From contig NC_057711.1 of NCBI RefSeq assembly GCF_004010195.1, positions 71,150,797 to 71,214,796 of the forward strand: a stretch of 64,000 bases of DNA. The letters run 5' to 3'. This DNA is from Chiloscyllium plagiosum (Eukaryota). A program made the position numbers and the translations under genes. Position 1 is the first letter of the stretch. Each line of letters begins with the position of its first letter. The notes under the pieces are model-generated. The model had not been told where the DNA came from, did no database searches, and saw only the letters and a list, made by a program, of their open reading frames with translations. This document shows, in pieces, positions 38,408 to 52,800 of the stretch.

Positions 38408-39284
38408 CAATCCTGAGGGACCTCCTTTCCACTAATCCATCCACCAGCACCTCCAAGTCCCTGTTGGTAAAACAAGAGTCTAACCTGTTTATTCGCTCTA
38501 TGTCTCAGTGACAACAGTCAAGCAGGAAACTATGAGTAGCAGTTTATTGAATGAAATGTCTGAAGTGCCGTGCAGCTGGGGCTTATAGATTGTGCAAGCA
38601 GAGTAAACCTTACAAAGTTCGGGCAGCAATGAGCACTTCCATGAGGCTTCCCATCTGATTGCCTGAGCTGGTTGCTTTGGCTGCCAGTTACATAATTAAT
38701 AAGCTAAAGAGTGGAAGCTTGCATGAGCAAAGTTGCTATGGACCACAGCATGATACTCATCATGAACCTCACTGAAAATACAAGTTTGTTAAAATTCAGC
38801 TCATGACACATTAATCGGATAAAACATTATACCGATAATGAATTACTTTTTAAAAGACAGTTATTTTTATTACAGAGCCAAATGCACAAACATCAAACTA
38901 TGAAACTTGTGAACATTGATTGGAGTGACTTCAAAAAGCCGATGCAGACTAGATGACCATCAAAATAAAAACACAGGAAAAACAATTTAACACAAATACC
39001 TAAGGCCAAGGCCATTGCTTCAAAGTGACTGAATAGATTGAATCCGTTTTTAATATTTAATACTTAAGCATTGTCATTATTTTTTAGGGTCACATTCTTC
39101 CACTTAGTTTATCATTCTCAGTCAACTTTTAACAGGGGTGTGAAATGGGCTTAATATCAATCAATAGCTCATTTGTACTATGTCTAATTTTCATTACCAT
39201 TGACTTCACATAAAAGAAAACCAGGCTCAGTATTTACAGGCTGAGTTTTTAATATGAGCCCAATGCAAGTTATTGGAGAATTTC

Positions 39285-40501
39285 ATAGAGTCACAGAGAT
39301 GTACAGCAAGGAAACAGACCCTTCAATCCAACTTGTCCATGCTGACCAGATATCCAAACCCACTTGGCAGCACTTGGCCTCCAAACCCTTCCTATTCATG
39401 TACCCATCCAGATGCCTTTTAAATATTGCAAATGTACCAGCCTCCACCACTTCCTCTGGCAACTTATTCCAGACACGCACCACCTTCTGTGTGAAACATT
39501 GCCCCTAAGGTCCCTTTTAAATTCTTCTCTCACCCTAAACCTATGCCCTCTAGTTCTGGACTCCCCCATCCCAGGGAAAATAACTTGTTTGTTTACTCTA
39601 TCTGTGTCCCTCATGATTTTAAAAACCTCTATAATGTCACCCCTCAGTGTGCAATGCTCCAGGGAATACAGCCCCAGCATATTCAACCTCTCCCTATAGC
39701 TCAAATCCTCCAACCCTGGCAACATCCTTGTAAATCTTTTTGAACCTTTTCATGTTGCACAACATACTTCCAAAAGGAAGGAGACCAGAATTGCACGCAA
39801 TATTCCAACAGTGGCCTAACGTCATGTACAGCCACAACATGACCTCCCATCTCCTGTATTCAATGCTCTAACCAATAAAGGAAAGCATACCAAACGCCTT
39901 ATTCACTATCCTATTTACCTGCGACTCTACATTCAAAGAGCTATGAACCTGCACTCCAAGGTCTCTTTGTTCAGCAACACTCCCTAGGACCTTACTATTA
40001 AGTGTATAAGTCCTGCTCTGATTTGTCTTTCCAAAATGCAGCACCTCTCATTTATCTAAATTAAACTCTATCTGATACTCCTTAGTCCATTGGCCCATCT
40101 GATCAAGATACTGTTGTAATCTGAGGTAACCCTCTTCGCTGTCCACTACACCTCCAATTTTGGTGTCATCTGCAAACTTACTAACTATACCTCCGATGTT
40201 CATATCCAAATCATTTATATAAATGATGAAAAGTAGAGGACCCAGCAGGAATCCTTGTGGCACTTCACTGATCACAGGCACCCAGTCTCCACCACCACCT
40301 TCTGTCTTCCATCTTTGAGCCAGTTCTGTATCCAGATGGTCAGTTCTCCCTGTATTGCATGAGATCTAACGTTGCCAACCAGTCTCCCATGGGGGACCTT
40401 GCCAAATGCCTTACTGAAGACCAAATAGATCACATCCACCATTCTGACATCATCAATCCTCTTCAAAAAACTCAATCAAGTTTGTGAGACATGGTTTCCC
40501 A
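39285..40501 (-). mobile_element. CR1/HER1 LINE, 3' part (RT domain), host of a nested copy
   Basis: ORFs with FSKAFGKVPH, VPQG.LLGPLLFIIYINDLD and KFADDTK; tail at about 39285. Confidence 0.95.
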
Positions 40502-40881
40502 NNNNNNNNNNNNNNNNNNNNNNNNNNNNNNNNNNNNNNNNNNNNNNNNNNNNNNNNNNNNNNNNNNNNNNNNNNNNNNNNNNNNNNNNNNNNNNNNNNN
40601 NNNNNNNNNNNNNNNNNNNNNNNNNNNNNNNNNNNNNNNNNNNNNNNNNNNNNNNNNNNNNNNNNNNNNNNNNNNNNNNNNNNNNNNNNNNNNNNNNNNN
40701 NNNNNNNNNNNNNNNNNNNNNNNNNNNNNNNNNNNNNNNNNNNNNNNNNNNNNNNNNNNNNNNNNNNNNNNNNNNNNNNNNNNNNNNNNNNNNNNNNNNN
40801 NNNNNNNNNNNNNNNNNNNNNNNNNNNNNNNNNNNNNNNNNNNNNNNNNNNNNNNNNNNNNNNNNNNNNNNNNNNNNNNNN
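40502..40881. other. Assembly gap (N run)
   Basis: 380 consecutive N. Confidence 1.
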
Positions 40882-43800
40882 TCCTCTGGCAGCTCATTCC
40901 ATACACGTACCACCCTCTGCGTGAAAAAGCTGCCCCTTAGGTCTCTTTTATATCTTTCCTCTCTCACCCTAAACCTATGCCCTCTAGTTCTGGACACCCC
41001 ACCCCAGGGAAAAGACTTTGTCTATTTATCCTATCCATGCTCCTCATGATTTTGTAAACCTCTATAAGGTCACCCCTCAGCCTCCGACACTCCAGGGAAA
41101 ACAGCCCCAGCCTGTTCAGCCTCTCCCCATAGCTCAAATCCTCCAACCCTTGTAAATCTTTTCTGAACCCTTTCAAGTTTCACAACATCTTTCAATAGGA
41201 AGGAGACCAGAATTGCATACACTATTCCAATCGTGGCCTAACCAATGTACTATACAGACGCAACATGACCTCCCAACTCCTGTACTCAATACTCTGACCA
41301 ATAAAGGAAAGCATACCAAATGCCTTATTCACTATCCTATCTACCAGCGACTCCACTTTCAAGGAGCTATGAACCTGCACTCCAAGGTCTCTTTGTTCAG
41401 CAACACTCCCTAGGACCTGACCATTAAGTATTTAAGTCCTGCTAAAATTTGCTTTCCCAAAATGCAGCACCTCGCATTTATCTGAATTAAACTCCTTCTG
41501 CCACTTCTCAGCCCATTGGCCTATCTGGTCCAGATGCTGTTGTAATCTGAGGTAACCTTCTTCGCTGTCCACTACACCTCCAATTTTGGTGTCATCTGCT
41601 AACTTACTGAATGTATCTCTTATGCTCGCATCCAAATCATTTATGTAAATGACAAAAAGTAGAGGACCCAGCACCAACTCTTGTGGCATTCCAATGTCCA
41701 CAGGTCTCAAGCCTGAAAAACAACCCTCCATCACCACCCTCTGTCTTCTACCTTTGAGTCAGTTCTGTATCCAAATGTCTAGTTCTCCCTGTATACCGTG
41801 AGATCTAACCTTGCTTATCAGTCTCCCATGGGGAAGCTTGTCAAACGCCTTACTGAAGTCCATATAGATCACATCTACCAATCTGCCCTCATCAATGTAC
41901 TTTGTTACTTCTTCAAAAAACTCAATCAAGTTTGTGAGACATGATTTCCCACACACAAAACCATGTTGACTATCCCTAATCAGTTCTTGCTTTTCCAAAT
42001 ACATGTACATCCTGTCCCTCAGGATTCCCTTCAACAACTTGCCCACCACTGAGGTCAGGTTCACTGGTCTATAGTTCCCTGGCTTGTCCTTACCACCCTT
42101 CTTGAACAGTGACACCACGTTAGCCAACCTCCAGTCTTCTGGCACCTCACCTGTGTCTACCAATGACACAAATATCTCAGCAAGAGGCCCAGCAATCACT
42201 TCTCTAGCTTCCAACAGAGTTCTAGGGTACACCTGATTAGGTCCTGGGGATTTATTTACCTTTATGCATTTCAAGACATCCAGCACTTCTTCCTCTGTAA
42301 TATGGACATTTTGTAAGGTGTCACCATCTATTTTGCTACTTTCTATATCTTCCATATCCTTTTCCACAGTAAATACTGATGCAAAATACTCATTTAGTAT
42401 CTTCCCCATTTTTTGCGACTCCACACAAAGGCTGCCTTGCTGATCTTTGACAGGCCCTATTCTCTCCCTAGTTACCCTTTTGCCCTTAGTGTATTTGTCC
42501 CCTTTTTGGCCTCCTGATTTCCCTCTTAAGGATACTCCTACTGCCTTAATACTCTTCTAAGGATTCACTCGATCTATCCTGTCTATACCTTACATATGCT
42601 TCCTTCATTTTCTTAACCAAACCCTCAATTTCTTTAGTTATCCAGCATTCCCTATACCTACCAGCCTTTCCTTTCACCCTGGCAGGAATATACTTTCTCT
42701 GGATTCTCAGTATCTCATTTCTGAAGGCTAACCATTTTCCAGCCATCCTTTTACCTGTGAACATCTGCCCCGAATCAGCTTTTGAAAGTTCTTGCCTAAT
42801 ACCATCAAAATTAGCCTTTCTCCAATTTAGAATTTCAACTTTTAGATCTGGTCTATCCTTTTCCATCACTATTTTAAGTCTAATAGAATTATGGTCACTG
42901 GCTCCAAAGTGCTCCCCCACTGACACCTCAGTCACCCGTCCTGCCTTATTTCCCAAGAGTAGGTGAAGTTTTGCACCTTCTCTCGTAGGTATATCCACAT
43001 ACTGAATCAGAAAATTTTCTTGTACACACTTAATAAATTCCTCTCCATCTAAACCTTTAACAGTATGGCAGTCCCAGTCTATGTTCAGAAAGTTAAAATC
43101 CCCTGCCATAACCACCTCATTATTCTTACAGACAGCTGAATTTGTTTTTCAATTTCCCTCTGACTATTAGGGGTCTATAATACAATCCCAATAAGGTGAT
43201 CATCCCTTTCTTATTTCTCAGTTCCACCCAAGTAACTTCCCTGGATGTACTTTCAGGAATATCCTCCCTCAGCACAGTTGTAATGCTATCCTTTCAAAAC
43301 CGCCACTCCCCCTCCTCTCTTGCCTCCCTTTCTATCCTTCCCGTAGCATTTGTATCCTGGAACATTAAGCTACCAGTCCTGCCCATCCCTGAGCCATGTT
43401 TCTGTAATTGCTATGATATCCCAGTCCCATGTTCCTAACCATGCCCTGAGTTCATCTGCCTTCCCTGTTAGGCCACTTGCATTGAAATAAATGCAGTTTA
43501 ATTTATGAATCCTACCTTGTCCCTGCCCTGACTGTTTGACTCACTTCTGTTCTCAACTGTACCAGTCTCTTTCCTCACTATCTCCCTGGGTCCCACCCAC
43601 CTTACTAGTTTGATTCCTCCCTGCCAATATACTAGTCTCCTTCCAATTTAGGTGCAAACCGTCCTTCTTGTACAGGTCACTTCTACCCCAAAAGAGATTC
43701 CAATGATCCAAAAATGTGAATCCTTCTCCCATACCTCATACACTTTCCAAAACAACATACTTGTTTGAAATGGGTATAGCCACAGAAAACCCCTGCACCA

Positions 43801-44605
43801 GCTGCCTACCTCTCTTTCCTTTCCTGGAGTTAACCCATCTATGTGACTGTATCCGAAACTTCCCCCCCTTCTTATAACTGCCATCCATCACATACTGTTG
43901 CAGTTGCTAATTCCTCATTGCTTCTAACTGTCTCTCCAACCGATCAATTTGATCTGATAAGATTCGTAACCAACAGCATTTATTGCAGATATAATTTGCA
44001 GTAACCCTTAAACTCCCATATCTGACAAGAAGCGCATATCACTCTACAAAAGGCCATTTTTGCTCCTTCACAATCTACAGACCCAGAAAATAACACCGTC
44101 TTACTCCTCTACAAAACACTGCCCCAGGTTAAATTAACAGCTATTGCTTATATTTTAAGTTTAATCAAGCGATGTATCTCAAAAAACATATAATCAAACA
44201 AGAACCCACTCTACTCACTACCGCAGACTTTCTGTAGGTCCCACTTAAAAACAATACACTTCTCTGCTTCTCTGCTGTGAACTTCACCCAAACCAGTTTG
44301 TCCAAGATCAGTTGTAAATTTCACTGTTTGTTAATTTCACCAGACGCACTCCTATGTCCAGCGATACATGAATTCAAACAGCAAAGGCAGTAACTGTGCT
44401 GTGTCAGTTTCTTTCTCTCTTTATCGTGCACTGACCTCACCATGTGCTTCCTTTGTCTCTTCTTCTCCCTTTTAAAACTGCTGTTGTTTTGACTGTTTTT
44501 TCCAAAGTTCCAAAACAATACAACAGCATATAAAACAGTGATTGCTGCTTCTTGAATTCAAGGAAATCACCTCCAACACCTAAAATACCTCAATAAAGGA
44601 GCAGA
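40882..44605 (-). mobile_element. Near full-length CR1/HER1 LINE (5' UTR, deleted ORF1, APE endonuclease and RT ORF2, disrupted)
   Basis: GDFN and SDH endonuclease motifs (42546-43115); KSPGP, NYRPVNLTS, QHGF and DFSKAFD (41759-42424); KLADDTK; non-coding 5' region to about 44605. Confidence 0.95.
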
Positions 44606-45042
44606 AACTTTTCCTGTATCTTACATGTCCTTCTCCACATTAAATACTGTTGCAAAATACTCGTTTATTATCTCCCCCATCTCCTGCGGCTCCACACAAA
44701 GGCTGTCTTGCTGATCTTTGAGAGGCCCTATTCTCTCCCTAGTTATCCTTTTGCCCTTAATGTATTTGTAAGAACCCTTTGGATTCTCCTTAATTCTATT
44801 TGCCAAAGCTATCTCATGTCCCTTTTATGCCCTCCTGATTTCCTTCTTAAGTATACTCCTACTGCCTTTATACTCTTCTCAGGATTCACTCGATCTGTCC
44901 TGTCTATACCTGACATGTGCGCTCTTCTTTTTCTTAACCAAGCCCTCAGTTTCTTTAGTCATCCAGTATTCCCTACATGTACCAGCCTTTCCTCTCACCC
45001 TAACAGGAATATACTGTCTCTGGATTCTCATCATCTCATTTA
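44606..45042 (-). mobile_element. CR1 ORF2 middle fragment (probable 5' continuation of the 39285-40501 copy)
   Basis: ANRIKENPKGSYKYIKGKR...EMGEIINEYFATVF duplicates the region at 42350-42720. Confidence 0.9.
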
Positions 45043-46089
45043 CGTTTCATCAATCTCCTAAACTAATCTGAATCTTCGAAACTTCACTTGGAGTCTACTC
45101 AGTCCATCATGTGGATTTGGACCAATTTAAGTTGATTTTTGTTAGTCAACTCTTTTCATGCAAATATCAGTTTTCTAATCCCCACATGAACATTGGTTGG
45201 AAAAGTGTACACTTGTCAATTACAAAAAACAAAGTACTTCAGTGCCTGGAGATCTGAAATAAAAATGGAAATTGCAGGAGAAACTCAGCAGGTCTGGCAG
45301 TATTCATGATCAAAGAAACAGAGTTAATGCTTGAAGTACTTTATGACTCTTGCTCAGACAAAAGACTGTTGTCTCTCCATTGTGGCCAGATCTGCTGAGG
45401 TTCTCCAGTCATTTCTATTGTTTATCTATTGTGCTGTTCCTAATGTTGACATGAAGTGATATTTAAGTTTACAAATTTGCTTTCTTTAAAACTAGAATTG
45501 CTAATGGGGTCTGTACTTATTGTGTATTTGGGTCTTTTATAAACTAGCTGAGTTTTAATCTTCGCCTGTAATAAGGCTATATAATATTCTAATAAAATAT
45601 TCAACATATCTCTGTTTCTGTCAGTAAGAATATAATACATTGCAGCTTGAAACTATAAAACTATTAGACAGCTTTAATGATCAACAGCCCAAAAGTGATT
45701 CATTTTATAAGCTGCCAGCTACTTGATTGCCTTGGTATGTCCTTGAATGACAGACTCCTGTATGAAATTCTAGTGGTACTGCAAAGATAAACTCAGTGGC
45801 ATTCACACATTAACAAACAAATTATAAGCAACATATGCAAAACACATTAGCATCTACTTAGCACAACAAGCCATCAGATGTGTGAAAAAAAAGGGTCTGA
45901 AAAAAACCTCTGAAGATTCCTGAGCAAGTCTGTTAACAACAAGAAAAGAGCTGCTTCTGTATCATAGGGTGAGTTGAATGTAAGTGTGCACTCATGCTGC
46001 AATATCGGGTTATCATTGTACCTCCCATCTGCCATGAAACTTAATGCATGATGTCAAATCAATCACATTTTAGATCCTATGCTTACTGT

Positions 46090-46415
46090 GAGGCATGGTG
46101 GCTCAGTGGTCAGCACTGCTGCTTCACAGCACCAGAGACCCAGGTTTGACTTCATCCTTGAGTGACTGTCTGTGTGAAGGTTGCATGTTCTTCCTGTATC
46201 AGTGTGGGTTTCCTCTGGGTGCTCTGGCTTCCTCTCACAATCCAAAGATATGCAAGTTAGGTAGATTGGCACATCGTATCCAGGGATGTGCAGGCGAGGT
46301 GGATTAGCCATGGGAAGTGCAGGGTGACAGGGATAAGGTGAGAACACTCTTCGGAGGGGCACTGTGGACTCGATGGGCTGAATGGCCTCTTTCTGTGCTG
46401 TAGGGGTTCTACGAT
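46090..46415 (+). mobile_element. HE1-like V-SINE
   Basis: Same head, core and tail as 37765-38110. Confidence 0.88.
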
Positions 46416-47734
46416 ACTTCCTTTACTGTAGTATGGTTTTCTTTCATAGTCTTGGTACCACTCACTTCTGGAGCAACAAAATCCCAAATTTGGTACAGAG
46501 GGGGCACAGTAGTATCTCATTTAAGACAGAAGTGAGGAGGAATTTATTCTCAGATGGTTGTTCGTCTTTGAAATTCTGTTCTATTACAAAAGCAATTGAA
46601 ATTCTCCAAACAGTGGAGTTTGGGTCATTGATTGTAGTCGTAAATATGTTAGACAGATTTTTGATCTACAAGGGAGTCAAAGGTTTTGGGGGCAGGCTGG
46701 CCTGTGTGATGGCAATGAGGTCAGGAAAGAGGAACACACAGGGCCAGACAGTACAATACATGCCCTAATGTGAGGGAATTCCTAGCCCACAACAACTATC
46801 AGGGATCTGCCTTACCATATAGCATATGCACATCTATCTGCGAGCAAAATACCAGTGATAAGGGGATGGTAAGTGGTCATTAATTCACCATTTAAGTGTT
46901 CCAAATGGCCTCTTTGTAAGTATCTTCCTGACAAGTGCTATCCTCTGGCTCGTGCAGAAATTTGGCAATGTGTCATCTTTTCAACCCTTTTCTGAAGGTG
47001 TCTTACCAACAGTCAAACAGCTTACTTGTGTCTCTGCCAATCGATTTTGCAACTCCTAATTAACATATATAATTTTTGATGAATGGGCAAGTGCTATTAG
47101 CCTTCCACAACAATCAGACACATGGATCATTTTCCTTGAACCAATCATCTTGCCTCGATCCTAATTATTATTCAAAGCTGCTGTAGAGGAAAAGGTGGTC
47201 TGGAATAGCAAGTGCTCTGGTTAACTTCCTGACCATTTTCCTCTTAACACCACATTACAGCATCTGGCACTTAAGTAGACATGAAATTTAAGATGATTCA
47301 TAAAGTAAACTATGCACAGGATAATTTACCAATTTTAAGCCCCATTAACTACATGAAAAAATGTGCCACTGAGGTGAATTCCAATATTCAGGGCATTGGT
47401 TCCAGAGAGGTTCAAGCAAAGCATGTTCCTATGTATTATTGCACAGATTCCAGAAAAGTACTTTACATAGAATCATAGAATCATGACAATGCAGAAAGAA
47501 GCTATTCAGCCCATCAGGTCTACACCAATTCACTGAACAGCATTCCATCCAGACCCAACCAGCCATCCTTTCCCTACATTTACCATCTATTTAGCTTGTA
47601 CAACCCTGGACATTATGGACAATTTAACATGGCCAATCCACCTATCCTGTACATTTAAGAAAGCTAGGTTATATCGTGGTGTGATGGTGCACAATGTGAG
47701 GTCTCCACCTTATTCTCTGTTCATCCATTAAGTT

Positions 47735-48058
47735 ATAGAGTCTAACTCATCCATTTTGACCAAGTGTCCCAAACTAAATTAGTCCCATTTGCCTATGTTT
47801 GGTCTGTATCCCTCTAAACCTTTCCTATTCATGTACCTGTCCAAATGTCTCTGAAATGTTGTAACTGTACCTGCATCTACCACATCCTCTGGCAGTTCAC
47901 TCCACATGGGGAGCCACCCTCTGCATGAGCTCTCCCTTTTCAATCTTTTTCCTCTCACCTTAGAATTTTGCCCTCTGGTTTTGAATCCCCATCCCTAGGG
48001 AAAAGACCTTTGCTGTTCACCTTATCTATGCCCCTCATGATTTTACAAACTTCTACAA
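47735..48058 (-). mobile_element. CR1 3' fragment
   Basis: Similar to 63030-63380 (CCTCTAAACCTTTCCTATTCATGTACC...). Confidence 0.85.
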
Positions 48059-49479
48059 GTTAGCAATCTATCTTTCAGAGCTAGCTAATCAGTCAGTTAA
48101 TTAGCCAGTGATCTATCTATATAATATCATAGTAATCTAAATCAGCATGGTACCCGGACTATATATATACCCAGTGTACATGGTTAGTTGTTAACAAACT
48201 AACTGATACCTGTCTCAATTAAATAAAAAGCTGAGTCTCTGTAGTATGTTATGTTGGCTAACATATGGAATAGCGGATCATATTAGTTCCTACAATGAAC
48301 TTCTTTCTCCAGTACTGCTGTCAGTTTTGCAAACATTGAAACCTATTTCACCCAAACCAATCTTTGAGCTATGCAATTAACTCTTTAACCTTATTTACCC
48401 TATGCCATTAGCTTTATGTTTTTGCTCTTACATTTTATTAAGTTGATTACAGAATTATTTTACAAGAAACATATGTGGATTTGGACACTTGAACTGAGAT
48501 AATTTTGGATCTAAATTAAATCTGAGGTAATCTGAATTTACATCAAACAAATTTTCCTTTAGAAATCACTCATTTGCTCTGCCGTATTTTCAATTTTTGG
48601 TAAAGGAAGCATGAATTAATAACATTTCAGAATTGTGCAAGATTCACTGAACGAAGGACAGAAGTGTTTACTGGATTGCAACAGGAATTACAAATTAATT
48701 ATCATTAATTAACAGGAAAAGGAAACAACATTCAGTCAACTGCACAACATCTGCAAATTAGTCCTGCATAGACCACTTCTGTATCATTGCCACTAATAGG
48801 TGAAAAGGTTAATGAACTAAATCACATTCCAGAATAATTACAGAATTATTGGACAACATGCACTGCCTTGTCATTACTGTTCCACTATCACTCATTGGTA
48901 AAGTAATCATGCCATATGAACAAAGCAAAATCCAAAAACCAAATCCATTAATGCACTTTTCCTGTTATCACTTCAGCTTAGGTTGTCTAAAAAGATGCCA
49001 CGTGCTGGTGGTAAGGACTCTTGACCACAAATTTCTATCAATTGCATTCATTCCAAGATCCTAATTTACTGAACTGATCTGCTACATGTGCTCGTACAAG
49101 GATGTAGTTGATTTGGTCCTGCAGAGTGGAATCATCATACTCAAAATATTTCATGGTTTTCATTTATTTTCTTGTTTGGAGTATTTCATTGTTGCAGTTG
49201 GAAAATAGGAAAGGAGCATGTTTCTAACAGATGCCTGTTATTACTACGTTTACTTTATTCTGCCAGCAACATATATGAACAACAGCATTTTCTCCTCTGT
49301 CATCATACTCTTTACAACTGTTTATAATAATGGACTCAAACTTCACTTCAGCTAAAGGGTCCAGTAATTATTACTGCAGTCATGGACTAGGCGAGCCTTG
49401 TGTTCACTCTTCACTCTCTTCAGGTTCTCAAGAGGGGATTGGTGACAATGGATTTCAATTTTGATCTTGACCTAGAGTC

Positions 49480-49830
49480 ATGGATGATTTTCATTGACAG
49501 TGCTTTCCTCCAGTTTGCAAGACCTTTCAGAAAGGTTGTTCATTTTCCATGGTAATCCTCTTCATCATCAATCAGTCCTGTCAATTACAAACTTGCTAAA
49601 TCAGACAGTCTTACTGCGAGCACAACAAATTCAAACTATCTTTTCCGAAACTTGATCAGCCATCATGCCTTTGACCCCTGATTTTGTTAGCACCTCTTCA
49701 TTGGTAGTGAGATTTGTCCAAAATAATTTCATTATTTGGCTCAAAAATCGCAACAGCTCTGCAGCTTCAAACCCTTTTTGCATTGTTGCTCTGATAAATC
49801 AACACTTCTTGCTTCTTTATGTTAAAGTTG
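49480..49830 (-). mobile_element. Ancient RTE-clade LINE C-terminal remnant
   Basis: MQKGFEAAELLRFLSQIMKLFWTNLTTNEEVL...L*LTGLID resembles RTE LEAxEMWxxRRMLxISWTxxxTNEEVL...GxIxG. Confidence 0.65.
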
Positions 49831-52800
49831 GTGTGATGCAGCATTGATGTAGCAGTTCACACTTAGAAAGGTATAAAAAATGGGAATTGTCCGAAGTTGC
49901 TGTGATTGAGAGTCAATTGGAAACATTGGGCAGAATCTAACGTTTTTGTGGCTATGTCCAAGTTGCATCAAGATTTTATGTAGAGATTTTTTCCATGAGA
50001 TCGAGAGAGTATTCAGTCCATTAACTACCTACCCCAGCCTTATGGTTTGCCTCACATTCAATCCTGGCTCAATTTTACCCAGAACAGCAGATATTAGCAA
50101 ATACTCCAGAATTCATCAGCATACTTTATGCCCATGCCTATTATGCATTAGACAGGCACTATCAGTCTAGAGTAGTCCTAACAATTGCCCTCAGACATGG
50201 CAGATAGAAGGAGTCATGCAGGCAGGCCCCTGAAGGTCTATCTGTCTTCCTACCCCCAGCACCTCTCCCCACAAACACTCCCCCACCCCCACCCTGTACA
50301 TACCCTCAACACGGCCTAGACACACACTCAATCCCCAACTATACCAAAACTTACAGTGTGCCACCCGCTTTCATCCCTCTCTTGATCCTACCTCTCTCTC
50401 ATTCCACAGGGAAAGCAGCCCCCAATAGGGCAAAAAGACTCAAAGTGGGCACTGGGCCATCTAACATTCAGCTCCTCACTTCTTATGTGGAAAGCATCCT
50501 AACTGTCACTGTCCTGAATTGCTGACCAAGGGGCTTCCTCGGTATTGGAGGCTGCCAATAATTTATGTGCTGGCACCTCTTGAGTGAAGGTTACTCCTCT
50601 CTGATTTGACTGAGGCTTATTGACAGTCGTGACAATCTTCCTTTCTTTATGTTCGGGCCAGAATTTATTGCCCACTCCTAGTTGCTTTTGAGATGTTGGT
50701 GATGAGTTGCCTTCTTGAACCACTGCTGTTCGTTTGTTGCAGATACACCCACAATGCCTTTTGGGAGGGAGTTCCAAGACTTTGACTCAGCAACATTGAA
50801 GAAACAGCAAGATATTTCCAAGTCAGGATGGTGAGTGGCTTGGAGAGGATCTTGCAGGTGGTGGTGTTTGGCATTCCTCCTAATTTTGAACTTATCTGCA
50901 CACACTACTATGTTTCAAGAAGACAGTTCAACCTCTTACTTCTCATGAGCAATCAGGGAAGAGCATCCTGTGAATGCTTGAAAAACAAGATCAGTTTTAC
51001 ACCATGACTTCAAGTGGGCATACAGAGGTCTCTATGTCAACAAAGAAAATAGGAAAAATTGTGGAAGGGAAAAGCGTCAAAGTGATAATTGTTTCAAATT
51101 TGTATGCCTACACAATATATTCACTCAGATTTGGTGTTGTGAGACAACCTCTCAAGAGCTCGTATGCCCTTCAGAGAATCTTTACAGCTCAGTATCTCGT
51201 TCAGTGATTGCATTACCCAGGGAGCAAAACAATAAGTCTCTTGTAGTGTAATGAATACTATGATCATGTAGATGTCACCATATATTTGCTTCTGTTTTTT
51301 CAGCAAGTGGAATGAAAAGCACTCTAGTGCCACATGCTCAATTGTAAAGTAATGAAATGAATTGTTTTACATGAAACATTCATGTGTACAGAATACAGAT
51401 TTCAGTAGAATATACCAATGTCTTATTGATCCTCATATAAAACAATGCATATATGTATATATACCCACCTCCCTTAATAGAAACGTAGAAAACTTACAGT
51501 GCTGAAGAAAACCATTCTGACTAATCTAACACAAGCTTTTGCTCCAACAATGCTTCATGCATCCATAACTCAAGATGGGGTTGCATAGCCTCTGACTCAG
51601 ACTATTCTAGATTTACCTCTCCAAAGAGAGATGGAAAATACTTTCGTGCAGTCCTGTATCTCAAGTATAACTGACCAATTGAACATATTCAGTGAAAATC
51701 CCTTACTCTTGCTGTGGATGTACACAGAAGCCAAAATGTCGGTTAGCTAAGTCATTTACTAAATAAAGAACATTTAAGTTTTTAGGCATTGCACTGCTCA
51801 GTTTGCTCATTTACTCCCTTTTCTTAAAGTTCATGTAAGAGTACACAATTTTGATAGTTGCTCCATTTGGTATCCCAAACCACTGTTCTAATCAACACAC
51901 TGAATGACATTGTGTGCCGCTCAGCATTTTGTAAACAAAACCTAACCTGACATCAGTAATATGATGCTATGAAGCTAAAATTCGTTGAGGCTGAATAAGT
52001 AAAAAACTGAATGTGTTTCACGGGTGGGGTATGGAGAACGATGACTTATGGACAGTCAAGGAGAATTATAGTGAAAGAAATTTGAAGAAACAGAAGGAGA
52101 AGTGATTTATACATGAGTGTTGAAATCTATATGAGAATATGTAAAACGATAGAAGTAAAGTTGAAAGAATAGATGCAGTAAATAATTGGACGGTTATGAG
52201 GCTGTGTGAATTGCAAAACCTTGGCTTCAGTTTGTGACCCTAGTACGATATAGCTGCAATATGTTCAAGGAAGACAGGGAAGGAAGAAAGGGTTATTAAA
52301 TAAAATGACAATCTTAGCTAATAAAAGGACAGCTTTTACTGATGTTGGTAGATATTTAGAGTCTCTCCAGATAAACATTAAATGTTTTGATAGGTGCTAC
52401 CCAAATTCAGGTCAATCTGAAAGAAATGTGGGTGAATGCTGATTGGATCATTCTATATTGGCTCTCTTGCGAGTTCATGCCTCTCCTGGGATTTTCAACT
52501 GGATGTGAAAGTTGCCATTGCACAGATCAGGAAGCACAGAATTTTCCCTTCCCTAGAGTGGTATGAGCAATGGTGCGGAAGATGCAAAATACAGATAGAG
52601 TTAAAATATCAGAATCATAACATTGAGAAAAACCTTTGTGATTTTTGCCTCAAATGGTGAATTCAGAATCTCACCACAGAGTGGCAACTGCCTTATTTAC
52701 ACAACTACCTGATACTCATTTACAGCAAACTTTGTTTTAACTGGCACCTTAGGAACTGGCACTTACGATATTCTGGCAAAAGTGATATGCCTCAAATATC

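Noticed and set aside
40472..40997. Long ORFs made mostly of X
   Set aside because: Artifacts of translating through the N gap; the same applies to the ORFs at 63128-63638.
41759..43115. 221-aa and 189-aa ORFs as host genes or an active LINE
   Set aside because: They are CR1 ORF2 pieces separated by frameshifts, stops and a deletion, so not an intact element.
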